Of a stretch of 64,000 nt of DNA, positions 36,010 through 49,000 are shown piece after piece. Each line of letters starts with the position of its first letter. The stretch's first letter is position 1. The notes under the pieces were generated by a model. The model ran no database searches. It was not told where the DNA came from and was given only the letters and a program-made list of their open reading frames with translations. The position numbers and the translations under genes were made by a program. This stretch comes from Rhynchopus sp. YZ270_cl-10 (lineage: Eukaryota), in contig OZ037842.1 in the NCBI GenBank assembly GCA_964035575.1, positions 1,364,001 through 1,428,000 of the forward strand, read 5' to 3'.

Positions 36010-37024
36010 CCTAGTGGAGGCTGTATTGTGATGGGCAATCATCATAATACAGAAACCACTGCCTACCCCCCTTCTCATGGGGGTTCTTTTTATGTCACCT
36101 CATGCAAATGAAGGAGTTAGAAACAAAGCATTTTGAACACACTTTGCGGTTCTGGGGAATTGCACTGCAGCGCCACGTTTCACCAAACAGGTTGCGGTGT
36201 GTGCGTTTCACCACCTCTCCCATGGGTTTTATCGTGTGATGAGTGTTAAGTTTCTATTTTCGACGTTCATAAAATAGTATTCCAGCAAGAACTACTTACC
36301 CCCGCAATTTTGATTTTGCTATGCTTCACCTTTTATTGGTGTCTGCACATTATCGAATCCCCGTTGATTTCTTGAGACTGAGCACGAGAGGCTTAGGTTC
36401 ATCTTATCAACTTTTTTCTAAATTTTACACGATTTTTTTTTTTTGACACATTCTGTTGGCAGCAGAGTGGGGCATGAACCCATATCCTCTGTTGAGGTCG
36501 CTGTTGCCACCAGAAAAATATATTCCCTTTTTCGGCACAAAGAAGAGTAGGTCATACTTTCTCTTTTCTGCGTTTCCTTTCCACCACCCTTTTGAGGAGC
36601 CTCAGGGCCAGTCTCCGGTTCTCAGTCAGCTTGCTGGCTGGGAGAACCGGGGTATCTTTCTGTACGGTTCCTGGTTAGACACGACCCATAGACCTTCGCC
36701 GCAAAGGGAACGGTAGGTTACACTGACATCCACATCCTGCCTGCGGCTCCGCCATCGAGGGAGTGGGCCAAGCAAGGGGCACCGCTGCAGACACTGCTTC
36801 TGGAAATCGCCTGCCCCTTGTGTTTTGTTGTTGTTCTTTTTCTTCTGTTCGCTGGTCGGAGCAACCAATACGGGGAACAATCGCTTAGCTTTTTTTTCTC
36901 AAAACCCCCCCCGCCCCAATCGTCGAACAAAAAGACCTACAACCCCCCCAGTTTCGCCGTCTTACCCCCTTCTCCCTCTACCCAACCCAACTCCCACTTT
37001 AGTAATAATTCTTTATCCAAAAAA

Positions 37025-38833
37025 ATGGAATTCACCGTTGTTTGTGGTGCTGTGGAGGTGGGGAGGGAGTATACGGGGGAGGCTAGTTTGGAGGGGTTGA
37101 AGGGGATGGTGAGGGGTGTGGTTGAGGAGCACTTGGAGGGCAACGATGACGAATTTGACCTGCGTGTTGCACAGCACATGCTCGCTGACGATGTGGACGT
37201 GGCTGGCCTCTCCTCTGGCTGCACCATCGAGGTTGTGTACGCACAGGACACCCTGGCACGACGCAAGCTCCGTGCCACCTACAAGGACTACTCCTTTTTA
37301 GCAGGCGGCACAAAAACTCCCTGCTACCTCAACAAAGAGCTCCACAGCCAGGAAGGGTACTCTCACATGAGCAGGGTATACTCCGCCATTAAGCATGGCG
37401 ACGTTGAGCTGTCGACACTACTGTTTCATGCCTATCCTTCCAAGGTGCGGGATCCTGGCGTTGTGGGTTTGTGTCTCGCCCATGAGAAGGTGTTTTTGCT
37501 TTTGCTTGACCCTGTATTCGAGATGGAGCAATATCTGCAACCAACGGTATGGTCCCAGGCTTTGTACCATTATAGGATTGCGACGATCGGTTATTTGGTA
37601 CATAACTTAGGGTGGTTGGAGGCTCTAAAGGGGTATCCTGTCTTGCGGGATAACTTTGTGCGTGGAGTTCTGTTGTGTCCACCGTCACGCTCCATCTCAG
37701 ACCCGCAAGCTCTTCTCGAAGGGGTACTATACAATGAAGGAAACTCAATGTACCTCCCGGTCCTGATTGATTCTTTTAATCAAGGGAGACAGTCGCCAGC
37801 AACCTTTTTGCAGTTTCTTTTGCTTCTTATCTCGAAGGGTGCAGTTCCGGAGCGTGATATATTTGCAACGATTTACCGTTCAATTCCTGGTCGTGCAGTG
37901 CATATTTTTGTTGACAATGGGGCTGATATTAATGCAACCATTTCGGGACCTACCCTGCCGGTACGCCTTGTTAATGAGGTGGTTAAAAAGAACTGTCAAG
38001 CATGCTACCATGAGATGATTGTCGCATTGGGCAGTAGAGGCTATGACTTAGAACAGTCTGTAGCACCTGAAGGGACCTCTCTATTGATGGATGCCTGCAG
38101 AGGAACTCCTATCCCTCAAAACATTGCAGGGCTGGTCGAAGCAGGGGCTAATGTAAACATTTCCTACGAAGATGAGTCGTTGTTAGTATTGACTGCATCA
38201 GGACGGCATTGGGGGTCTCTTCGTGAGTTATTGAAGAGCGATACCATCGACATCAACTTTTGTGGAGACAATGAAAGAAGTGTTCTCATGGAAGCGGCTG
38301 GTATGGGTGCACTGAACGGAGTTCGTACCATACTCTCCGCCTCTCCGGACCTCTCTCTTGAAGATATAAAAGGGCGTACCGCGCTCTTTCATGCGGTAAC
38401 CTCAAAGAAGGCTGCTGTAGTAACGCTCCTCATCGATCACGGTGCGGAAGTAGATGGGGGTGCAACGACAGCGTTGGAGGAGGCTGTGGAAAGGGATGCT
38501 GCTGAAATCTGCAACATTCTGATACAGAATGGGGCGGACCTGAAGAGGGTGTGTGGAGGGAAAACGTATCGTGAGCTTGCGGCGTCGAAGAGCATTGCAG
38601 TGAAGAAGCTGTTTGAGGTGGGCAAGAAGGCTTCCAAGAAGCGTAAGAGGGCCGAGGAGGAGGAAGAAGAGGAAGAGGAGGAGGAGGAGACGAAGCTTAA
38701 ATGCCATGTGTGCAGGGCAACCGCAACCAAAGCAGGTGTGGCCTTCGAATCAACACTCTCAGTCAAGCGGCATGTGGTCATGAAGCATAAGATGGAATGG
38801 AGTGTATACACAAAACGCTACAAAAATAAATGA
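37025..38833 (+). CDS. Ankyrin-repeat protein with C-terminal NLS/acidic tract and C2H2-like finger
   Basis: GRTALFHAV..LLIDHGAEV and related ANK repeats, KKRKR, poly-E, CHVC..HVVMKH. ATG at 37025. Confidence 0.85.
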   Translation: MEFTVVCGAVEVGREYTGEASLEGLKGMVRGVVEEHLEGNDDEFDLRVAQHMLADDVDVAGLSSGCTIEVVYAQDTLARRKLRATYKDYSFLAGGTKTPCYLNKELHSQEGYSHMSRVYSAIKHGDVELSTLLFHAYPSKVRDPGVVGLCLAHEKVFLLLLDPVFEMEQYLQPTVWSQALYHYRIATIGYLVHNLGWLEALKGYPVLRDNFVRGVLLCPPSRSISDPQALLEGVLYNEGNSMYLPVLIDSFNQGRQSPATFLQFLLLLISKGAVPERDIFATIYRSIPGRAVHIFVDNGADINATISGPTLPVRLVNEVVKKNCQACYHEMIVALGSRGYDLEQSVAPEGTSLLMDACRGTPIPQNIAGLVEAGANVNISYEDESLLVLTASGRHWGSLRELLKSDTIDINFCGDNERSVLMEAAGMGALNGVRTILSASPDLSLEDIKGRTALFHAVTSKKAAVVTLLIDHGAEVDGGATTALEEAVERDAAEICNILIQNGADLKRVCGGKTYRELAASKSIAVKKLFEVGKKASKKRKRAEEEEEEEEEEEETKLKCHVCRATATKAGVAFESTLSVKRHVVMKHKMEWSVYTKRYKNK

Positions 38834-39473
38834 CTGTAGGATTTGGTAAACCAGGGAGTGTTTCTTTTCCAAAAAGGGGGTGTCAAAAAATGTAAGGACA
38901 CAAAAAAAAGCTTAGATTCCGCGGCGAGTGCAGGTGGCTCTGTGGGTGACGACAGAGGCCTGTAATATGACTTCCGACGGCAGTTTTAAAATTTTCAAAT
39001 CCCCGGTTTTTGTAAAGCGGGAAACGGCAACGCGCTTCATGCAGGCATTCACGCTTGCTGGAGTTTTTGTTTTGTTTTGGTTTATTGTTTTTGTTTTTGC
39101 GCAAAACCAGAGTATTTCTGATATATTCGCAACTCTGCTTTTGTACATGAGTGTATTGAATACGAGTCTTAGGTGCATCTTATAAACTTTTCTTCGCGTC
39201 TTTGTCCGATGTACGGTGAGGTGTTTGCACTTTCAACTTCTCTTGTTTTCACCCTATTTCAGACTTTTGACAGTTTTGTTTTTGTCTTTGTATTTGTCTT
39301 TCAAGGGATACTCACTTTACCCTTGACTCTTTGAGTATTTCCACAGAGTCATTGTTTTACCAGATACCACCAAAAGGATTGCCCTCTTCTACTCAATAAA
39401 TAAAAATTTACTTTACCACCTTCAATCCTCTCTTCCCAAACCACCCTCGCAAAACAGACACAAATACTTCACT

Positions 39474-40805
39474 ATGGAACCTACTGCGGTTACACCCCGT
39501 ATTGTGCTTAGCACAAACTCGAAGGGTGTTGTGAGTAAGGTACAGAAACAGCTTGTACAGCTGGGCATTGCGGAGGAAAATATCAGTGCGCAGGTGAAGG
39601 AATGTAGAGTGGTGGTGACGGGGGTGGAAGTGGAGAAGGTTGTGCCTGTTGTGATAATCCTTAACCACGTGGAGAGGGCGTTTGTTGAGGTCAATTCGTG
39701 TGGAAAGAAGGATGCGGTTGCGATGTTAGAGAACCTAGAGCTGGCAGCAACCTTTGCAGAGAACGCACTGTGGGACCCCTTCATTGCGGCATACAAATTC
39801 ATCCACAACCGCGCACCATTGTCCTGGACACTTGACGCTCGTCTCCGTGTCAAACGCTCCACCGATCCCTCGAAGCCGTCCCTCTCAAAAATTGATCTCC
39901 AAAACGCTGCACGGCAGGGCCTTCATACGGGTCTCCTCAAGCGCGACATCACACACAACCCGTATCGGCCAGACTTTTTGGTGTTTCTTTCTGTCACCGA
40001 GTCGGTCTGTAGTTTGGCTGCACCTATTTTGTGTAGGAGGACGGTCAGCAAGCTGGTGCACAAGGGGTTGCATCATACAGTGTCGTGGGGGGTGGGGCGG
40101 ACCGCGAAGCTTCTTCCTGGCGAGGTTGTGTTGGATGCTTGTGTAGGGAAGGCAGCGCTTTTGCTTGAATGTGCGCAGTTTTGGGATGAATGCCATTATA
40201 TTGGATTGGACATTTGCCACGAACAGATTGCATGCGCAAGAGAAAACATTGCAAACTGCCCGAAGCCCATCGTCAACGCCATGCTAGGCGACGCCACACA
40301 CCTACCCGTCCGCACTGCCTCCATCGACTGCGTCGTATCAGACCTCCCCTTTGGCAGGGCAATGTCGTCTCCTGACGCGAACCGTACATTCTACCCTTCC
40401 CTCTGCGCAGAGTTGCGCCGCGCACTCCGGCCAGGTGGCAGAGCAGTCCTCCTCACAGGAGAAGAAAGCGACGTTATCCTGGGGGAGTCGCTCCAAAAAT
40501 CGGGGTTCTCGGTGATAGGGAGAACAGTGTTCCCGTTTGGTGGGAACAAAGACCGCTTGTCATGTACACTGTATATGGCAGTGGTGGATGTAGGTGAAGA
40601 TGACGCAGTGCACAGAAGCAAATTCGACTGGCGTTTCCCAGAGAAGGTGAAGGAAAGCGCCGGTGCGCACACATGGAAGAATGAAAAACCCTGTCTCGCA
40701 CCGTATCAAGCAAAGCGGTACTCAAAACAAACGCACAAAACAGTTGAGGCGGAGGAGGCGCGGAAGGAGACAACAGAGACCGCAGAGGGTGCAGAAGAGA
40801 AATGA
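39474..40805 (+). CDS. THUMP-domain/UPF0020 RNA methyltransferase (THUMPD2/3-like)
   Basis: VLDACVGKA SAM motif, GDATHLP, DCVVSDLPFG, LRPGGRAVLLT. Confidence 0.8.
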   Translation: MEPTAVTPRIVLSTNSKGVVSKVQKQLVQLGIAEENISAQVKECRVVVTGVEVEKVVPVVIILNHVERAFVEVNSCGKKDAVAMLENLELAATFAENALWDPFIAAYKFIHNRAPLSWTLDARLRVKRSTDPSKPSLSKIDLQNAARQGLHTGLLKRDITHNPYRPDFLVFLSVTESVCSLAAPILCRRTVSKLVHKGLHHTVSWGVGRTAKLLPGEVVLDACVGKAALLLECAQFWDECHYIGLDICHEQIACARENIANCPKPIVNAMLGDATHLPVRTASIDCVVSDLPFGRAMSSPDANRTFYPSLCAELRRALRPGGRAVLLTGEESDVILGESLQKSGFSVIGRTVFPFGGNKDRLSCTLYMAVVDVGEDDAVHRSKFDWRFPEKVKESAGAHTWKNEKPCLAPYQAKRYSKQTHKTVEAEEARKETTETAEGAEEK

Positions 40806-40961
40806 AAGTTTGCTACTTTTTTGTTCACAATTCTCATTTATGTTGCATTTTTAGATGAAATCATTTCACCAAAAAATGGTTACAAAAAGAACACAACCCT
40901 CCTTACAATTCTCCACGCACTGTTTCCCCACCATCATATCCAACAGAAACAACAAAATAAA

Positions 40962-42191
40962 ATGCGTCGCCGTGTTTTCGTGCTTGGCGGTGAGTCCACA
41001 AAGTTTATGGGACGGGGCCACCCTGAGTGGAAACGTGGTGAACGCAACCTTGAAGACTACATTAAGGACGCTGTGACGCGGGTTTTTAGCAGCACGGGGC
41101 TGTCTGGGAAGGATATGGACCGGGTGTGTGTGGGGAACTTCATTGGGCAGTTGACGCACAAGCAGGGGCATTTGGGTGCTGCTGTTGTGGGTGCGGATGC
41201 GGCCTTGGCACACAAGCCCTCTGCACGCTTTGAGGCTGCTTGCGCTTCAGGATCCTTGGCGTTTGAGTCTGCAGTGCAGTACATCCAGGCAGGGTCTGAC
41301 GCTGTGCTCGTGGTGGGGGTAGAGGTACAGACGCCTTTGAAGTCGAAGGAAGGAGCCGAGGCGCTTGCCACGGCAGCGCACTTCTCCCGGCAGAGTGGCA
41401 TCGATGCTCACGTCTGGCCTGCGATGTTCGCTAGAAAGTCGAAAGCCTACTTCGAGAAGTACCCTCAAGCAAACGACCTCCACCTTGCATCGCAAAAGGC
41501 GTATGACAACGCGAAGCTCAACCCCTACGCCCATATGCATGCGCATGAACTCTCCCCGAAGGATATTCGCGAATCGAAGACGTTTGTCGAGAACAAAGAG
41601 CTGCACCCTCATGTTCGTTTGTCAGACTGCTCGCAGGTTACCGACGGTGCGTCTGCTGTCATCCTTGTCAGCGAGGATGCGCTGCAGAAGTTCCAAAAAT
41701 CGCTTGATCTTTGCATTGAGGTGCTCCACGTTGCGCAGTGCACGGACAACCTTTATGAGGATCGCGACGACACACAGCTGAAGAACATTAGCATGGCCGC
41801 GAGGCAGGCGTACAGGGCGACACACCTGACGCCTTCTGATATGGACGTGGCTGAGGTGCACGACTGCTTCACCATGGCCGAGGTCATGATGTACGAAGCC
41901 CTCGGGTTTGCACCCCCAGGCAAGGGCCTCGACCTCCTCCGCAAAGGCGATACATCCATCACAGGAAAGATTCCCGTCAACACCGGAGGAGGCCTGGTCG
42001 GCTTCGGTCACCCAGTCGGCGCTACCGGAGTCAAACAGATCGTCGAGATCCACAGACAAATGAAAGGAAAATGCGAAGATTACCAAGTGAACCGCCCCCT
42101 CACCCACGGCATCACAGCAAACATGGGTGGTGACGACAAAACAGCGGTAGTAACAATCTTCAGAAACACCACCCCTTCTGCGCATCTCTGA
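40962..42191 (+). CDS. SCP2-type thiolase (no fused SCP2 domain)
   Basis: EAACASG, EVHDCF, GHPVGATG and ANMGG fingerprints; ATG at 40962. Confidence 0.92.
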   Translation: MRRRVFVLGGESTKFMGRGHPEWKRGERNLEDYIKDAVTRVFSSTGLSGKDMDRVCVGNFIGQLTHKQGHLGAAVVGADAALAHKPSARFEAACASGSLAFESAVQYIQAGSDAVLVVGVEVQTPLKSKEGAEALATAAHFSRQSGIDAHVWPAMFARKSKAYFEKYPQANDLHLASQKAYDNAKLNPYAHMHAHELSPKDIRESKTFVENKELHPHVRLSDCSQVTDGASAVILVSEDALQKFQKSLDLCIEVLHVAQCTDNLYEDRDDTQLKNISMAARQAYRATHLTPSDMDVAEVHDCFTMAEVMMYEALGFAPPGKGLDLLRKGDTSITGKIPVNTGGGLVGFGHPVGATGVKQIVEIHRQMKGKCEDYQVNRPLTHGITANMGGDDKTAVVTIFRNTTPSAHL

Positions 42192-42516
42192 AAGCCCCTA
42201 TACACTGTTTTTTTGAGGTGAAGGGAGGGACCCATCTTATAAAAACTGTTTCATTTTCTTTTCCCTTTCAACGTTTCGTGTATTCTTTTTGGTACGTCGC
42301 CAAGAGATGATTTTTTTTTTTTCCGGATGTTTTCTGCTTGCCTTGCAGTTTGCGGCTTGCTCTCTCTAAAAAAAGATATGCTGCTTTTTTTTTCCCCATT
42401 ATTTTTGGCGAATCTCTAGCGAACCACTCACAACACTCAATCCAGGGGGATACCAAAAACGTTCTGTGGGTATATCCCACAGTTCCCCCCTTCACCACCT
42501 CCTCCTTACCCTCACC

Positions 42517-45053
42517 ATGTCTGAAGCTACATACCGAGCAATGCAGAGTTTGCAGGCTCGTCATAACCTTCCCGAAAGCTTTATCCGCAAGATGGAGCAG
42601 GTGGTTCTCCGTCAAGGTGACGCAGATTCTGACAGCACCGACGATAAGGTATGGAATCGTTGATTTACATGCAATTAGGAAACAATGTGGTGCAATACTC
42701 TGTGGGTGTTCAACAACCTGCAGGGAACCTCCGGTTTTATGGGGTTTTTGCATCAACTCTTCTTGCCAACTTTAAAAAACACAAAACAATCCCTCCACAG
42801 AGCTCCTTCTCTTCTCCTTCTCCCTCCAAGACCTCTTCCACTGGCACAACGGAGGTGGACAGCGCTGAAGCAACCCTTCCCCTACCGCAAGGTGAGCACA
42901 CCACCATTGCCTCTGCGCTGCACAGAAGGAAGGTGCATGAGCGCATTGCCGCTGATGAACGTGCAAAGGAGGAGCTGCGGTCGCGCCTCTCAGTGACAGA
43001 GGAGCAGCTGCAGCACACAACACACCGCTGCACTGCGTTGGTCGAGGAGATGACGTTGCTCAGACGTGAAAAGGATGCTGTTGAAAACACATACCGTGTC
43101 CGCGACGAACAAATGCGTGAAGTTGCCGCGCAAACCGCAACCCGCCTTGAGAAGCTCGAAGCCGAAGCCTCGACCTACAGAGTGAGCATCAAAGACAGCA
43201 TCCACCAGCACCTCTTCGTTGGCCCAGAGAATGCTGCGGTGCTGCGTTCAAAACGGACCGAAACATTGGACATCATCGAGTACATACAACTTCGCGTGTT
43301 CGAACGAATGGCGGAGGAGTACAAAAGCCGTGACAGCAGTGGCATTGAGGTGTCCGGTTTGCTTCGTGACCTGGAGTATGCGAGAAGCGAGGCAGACCGT
43401 GTGAAGATGATGCTTGAGGACAGCAACGCTGCGCATGAGCTTCTCAAGAACGAGGCTGCGAAGTGTACGCAACGGAGTGCCGAGAAAATCCAAAAGCTCG
43501 AAATCGACTACGACGAGCTCGCACACCAAATGGAGGACGACAAGACCACAACCCGCGCAGCATACAAACTCAAGGAGGACCTTGAGGAGCGCACCCACCA
43601 ATGCGCCCGCCTTGAAGCTGACAGACTCTCCCTCGCAAAGCAGGTCGAGACCCTGGAAAAGGACATTCTACAGGCACGCAGAGACAACGAGACCGACGCA
43701 CACAAAGTACAACACCATGCGACCGAGGTGCGCTACCTTGCAAAGGAGAACGAGAGCCTCGCAGCCAGGGTCGTGACACTCGAAGAAGAAAAACGGAGTG
43801 CACAGGAGAAGGCACGGTCACTACAAGACGTGCTGCAGGCGAACCTCGATAAGTACGGGACAGACCTCATGGCTGTGCGCGAAAAGCATGATGAACGTCT
43901 GCAAGACGAACTCTCCAAACTCGAGAACACAAGCACCACTGAGATTCGCCGCATCCAAGAACACACCAAAGCCGTTGCGGACCGTGAATATGCGCAAATC
44001 AAAACCGAAAAAGAGCTTTCCGTGAAGGAGGCGCAACGTCTTGCCCGCAGAATCGAAGAAGTCGAATCTGAAAGCAAACGCGTCCTGGTCGAGGCAAAGC
44101 TTGCAGAAGAACGGATGAGGGGCGACCTCTCTGCATGCCGCACGGACCTCAAGGTCAAAACCCTTGAGTGCACTCAACTCCGCGAGGTGAGACAACAGAA
44201 CGAAAGCAGCATAGAAGGGTTGGAGCTGGATTGTACACGCCTCCAGAAGATGTTGGATACACTAAAACACGAATTCTTCGAACTACAACTGCAGCACAGC
44301 AGACAACACGAAGAGATGCGGGCCCGGGTGACCACCTTAAAAGAGCAGCTCAAAATCTATGAAGAGCTGGAGACCGAATGCGACGACGCCATCGAGAACA
44401 CAGGACGCCTTCTCACCGACGGGCACTCCGGAGAGGTGGCCGTGCAGATCATGAGCCACGTCCCCTCTTCACAGGGCCGTCGCATACAACAGTCCCTTCT
44501 CCTCGCCAAGAGAGCTATGAGTCTCGAAAACCAAGTCGCCACACTAACCGAAGAACTCCAACAAAAAACGGTCTCCAGCAACCGTGTGAACGCTGAGCTC
44601 AACCGTGTCAAAGGTGTCATGGGAACACAAGGTCAACCCTATCAATATTTTGTCGACACCCTCGCAGAAAAAGACAAATCCGTTGAAGACCTTCGCAAGC
44701 AGCACGACCTCCTCTCACGAGAGGTTTCTGGCATCAAATCAGAACGTGACCGGGCATGCGAACTGCTTACCACCATGCAAAGCAATATGGAGGTCCTAAA
44801 AAACCAAAGGGACGAGCTCAGCGGCTACCTCCAGGACCATCTAGAGGCGAACAAAATGGCAGGAGGGGGTCCTGGGGGCGAGGACAGAGCCGCGTACCTC
44901 ACCTCAAAGAGGCATACACGAAAGCGGGCCACCCTCCCCGCTGTCGAACCCCCCGCGCCGCAGAGGACAACAGTCATCTTCGGAGCACCGCCAGAAGCCG
45001 CTCATGAGGATGGGACATCAGTTCTCCCACAACCCTTCGTTATTTCGGCATAG
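42517..45053 (+). CDS. PIBF1: PIBF1/CEP90-like centriolar coiled-coil protein (intron 42649-42800)
   Basis: Long coiled coil with YEELETECDDAI..RRIQQSLLLAKRAMSLE..QPYQYFVDTL, matching the PIBF1 C-terminus as recalled. Phase-0 GTATGG..CACAG intron. Confidence 0.75.
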
Positions 45054-45896
45054 AGGGAAAAAGGGAAAAGGGGGGAGTGGTAGTGTGATAATTGCCCATT
45101 ATAACTCAAAATGCACATCGCAATACAGCTGTATTGATGTGTATGATGGGTAGTTATCATAATACAGCCAGGGGAAGAGTATGGTTTTTCGCAGAAATTT
45201 TTTGAAAAAAAAGGAACCCCCGACATAGCATTTATAGATCAGTTTAGAGCTACGTCACTTTCGTGATTTTTCCCAGTAGATGCATATTTTGTGGTATTTT
45301 TTTTCCCCCCTCTAAAACCTTCCTTGATAAAGTGTTAACCTGTCGTCCCTACGCAATTCTTTTCAAAATGAAATGAGTGGAAGGGCAGAAGAAAAATCCA
45401 CCAAGTATTGCCACTGTAATATGCAACAACACAACAGCGATTCCGCCTATTAGATATGTGAGAGAGTTTTTTTTGGTGTTTTTTTTTAGGACAAATACTT
45501 TGTGGGAAAAATTATTCAAAACGTCTTCTGCGACGTTTTGTTTATTATCCACTAAACAAAAGAACGGGATTTTTTTTGTTATTTTTTCTAATTTCGCTGC
45601 AAACCCCTCTAGGTAGTACATCGGCTATTGCCCCACACTGCCGCACAACGAGTAGTTCCCATCCCCCCCCTCCCAAAAGGGTGCTGATTGTTCAACCCCC
45701 TTCCTTACTAATGCATTTCCCCAACACCCTGCCTTGCAAGGCACCCCAAAGTTACCCCTCATAGACTGAAACACAAAAAGAAAAGCCACTGTTTGTCTCC
45801 CTTTCTCCCTTTCCCCTTTTATTTGCTTTAGCGAAGCAGATTTGCGGTGTGGATACTGCTGTCTTTGATTTTGAGAGATTTCACGTTTAAAGACCG

Positions 45897-45932
<36 letters not shown>

Positions 45933-46074
45933 GTTTTCCGGGTAGTTCTTCTTGTTCTTTTGCTCATCCCTCGGACTCTGTTCTCAACCTAAGATATATC
46001 AAGATATATCCTCTTTCCCTGTACACCTTCATTGAATCCTCCCCCCACAGGCCCACTATTAGATGTGAGCTAGC

Positions 46075-49000
46075 ATGTCCTCTGGGGTATGCCGTACACC
46101 AGCGACACGCATCTCTCTAGATTTCGATGCAACTGGCAGAAAGCGCAACACCGCGTCAGGGCCACGCCATACACGGTCTGATATGTCCCCGATGGTCACA
46201 AACTCCCCGCGAGGTTGGCGGCCGCAGTCGTCGTTGCAGTCGGTATGCACACTACAGCATTCTCAAACTTTTTTGTTTTTCACGTAGTATATCAACTGTT
46301 CCCACTTATCTTTTTCCCTACTTTCCGCAGACACCGAAGCGCACGCCCTGCACCCCCCACGCCACCCCAGAGGAGGAGCTGGAGGAACTCAAATCACAGC
46401 ACCAGCTTCTTCTGAAGGCGGGGGTGGAGTACCGGCACCAGGTCGACATGATCTTCAGCCTCTCCAAAGACGAGGAGAGCGCTCGCGAGGCTGAGGTGCT
46501 ATCCTTACGACAGACCGTCACCGAACTTCGCGCACGCTTGGAGGTTCGGGACTGCGAGCCGGCAGAACCTCCTACCACCACCACCACCACCGCCACCCCC
46601 GAAACCAGCGCCCAGCTCATGCAACGCGTTCTCTCTGTCGTCGAAGACAAGAAAAACGAGGCCAGCACTGTGTCTGAACTGGAAGCCCGTGTCCAGCAGC
46701 ACATTGAGCGGGAGCGTGCACTGCAGGAGACGTTGTTGGCACAGCAGAAGGCGCTGTTCACGGCAGAGCAGGACGCTAAGGGGCATGCCACGGCACTGCA
46801 GACGCTGCGCGACAGTGCAGCGGAGTTGCGCAAAGCGTCGTTAACGTCAGAAGCAGAACGAAGCGCGGCAGAAGCAGGCAGGTCTGCAGAACGGACGACT
46901 GCGGCGGCAGAACTGCAGCAACGCACTGAAGCGTTGAACGCAGCGCAGACAGAGGTGACAACACTTACTGCACGCATTGCGGAGTTGGAGGAAACAAATC
47001 GTGAACTGCAGACACTACAAAAAGAGGTACCGCAACAGGCACAACCACAGCCACAGCCACAACCGCTACTACAACCACAACAACCATCTAACGAAGCCAA
47101 GCTGCATGAACAACTCAAGGAAGCGGCTCAACGCTACGAAGAGCTTTCCACAGCGAACCTCCGTCTGCACACCACCGTGGCAGGGAATGCGGAAACCGTG
47201 GCCACCTTGGGCGCGACTGTCGCGGAGTTGCAGAAAATGGCGGATGTGAACGCTGGGTGCAAAGAGCAGTGCGAGGTGCTGCGTGTGGAGAACGACGACT
47301 GGCGGAGGAAGTGCGCCTCGCTTATGGGGACCAAGGAGGAGGACTGCGCGCGGGCAGACGGTCTCGACGGAGAGGTACTGACCCTCAGCAGCCAGGTGGA
47401 ACAGCTGGGACACCAGCTGCAGGCGTCAAGGGACCGCGTCGCTGCTGCAGAGGAGGACGCACATCGTGCACGACATGCCCTCAGTCGGACCCACACCGCC
47501 GCATCTGATGTTCTCTATGGCTCCACTGAAACCCGCATTATTGCGCAATGTTACCTCAAACTGCGCAGCTTCGTCCTCCGCAACCAGAACACCGAAATGA
47601 CAGCACTGCAGGACGATCTGCGGTTCAGGCTTGCTCAGGTGTCGTCACAACACTTTGCGTCCGAAGAGGCGCGGGAATCGCTTGGTGAACAGATAAAGGC
47701 GGTGACATCAGAAATCCGAGTAATGCATCTGGAGAAGGAAGCGGTGTCCACGGCCATGCACTCTGCGTCGTCTAGACACAAACGGCGTGTTGCTGCGGTA
47801 CAACGCAGTGCTGTTGCCTTGGCACACCGGAATGCGGAGACCACAGCACGGAGCCGCCTCTTTGCCATGCTCCTCGCACACACCACAGCTGCCAGGGGTC
47901 TCCACGTGGAACGTTCTCGATGCCGCTCCCTGGAAGCCAACCTAGACCGCTTTGGGGACACATTCCGCGCATCCGAGCAAGAGTCCGCAGCACGTTGCGA
48001 CCTTCTGTGGCACGAAGGAGAGGAGCTCACTGCGCTGCACCAACACTTCTGCACCGCAGGGCACACCATAGCGAAGGGGAGCTACCGGGGGGATGTTGCG
48101 GTGTATCGCAGCCGGGCTGCGTTTGCGATGGCGGTGTCGTGCGAACGGCACATCCTTGGATCTCATATGCGAAAATTACGCGAATACACTTCCGAAATGA
48201 AACACGAACGCGCCAGAGCACGCGACAAAATCGCCTCCCGCAAAGCCTTAGACCGTGCCGCCGACGAGCTTGCTGCGTTTGACAAACGCCTCACCCAACA
48301 GCTCTCAGGGGAGCGTGCTGCCTCCATGCTGACAATGCTGCTCGAAACTACGAAAGCACTTCAGGCCCGCGCACTGCGTAGGTGGTCTATGTGGAACACC
48401 CATCGGAGGGCACTGCGGTACGTCGAGATGGAACGGACGAAGCACCGCGAGGGCATGGAGCGGGCTACAGACGAACTCCTTGCCGCCGAGAAACGCTTCC
48501 GCGACTACTACCTGCAGTACCAGACCGCGAACATGATACGGATGCAACGGGAGAAGCAGACGGAGACGGTACGGCGCTACTACAACGTACTGCAGGCGTT
48601 GGCAGCTACCGCACGGAGACGGCAAGACAGCATGCGGCTAGAACGCATGGAAAGCACCGTAGGCGATCTGCAAGACGAGTCACGCCTCCTCCAAGACCAG
48701 ATGCAAGAGATGGCCGAGGCAGCCCTCTCCAGCATAGCCCAGCACGCAGCGCACCGCCTCCGCATGCGGCACTACGCCAAATGGCGTCTCTGTCTCCAAA
48801 CGCGTGTCTCCACCGTCCAAGCAAAGTCTGCCGTCCAACCCCACATCCAGACACTTCAAAAAGCAGCAACCCACAGCAGAGTGTCCCTCCTCCGTGCAGG
48901 TTGGCTTCTCCGTTGGATGGTGCAGTACGCTGAACGCAAAGCCACCACAGCAGCGCAAACGACGGAGCTGGCCCTACCCCCCCTCCGTGAGGAGTTGCGT

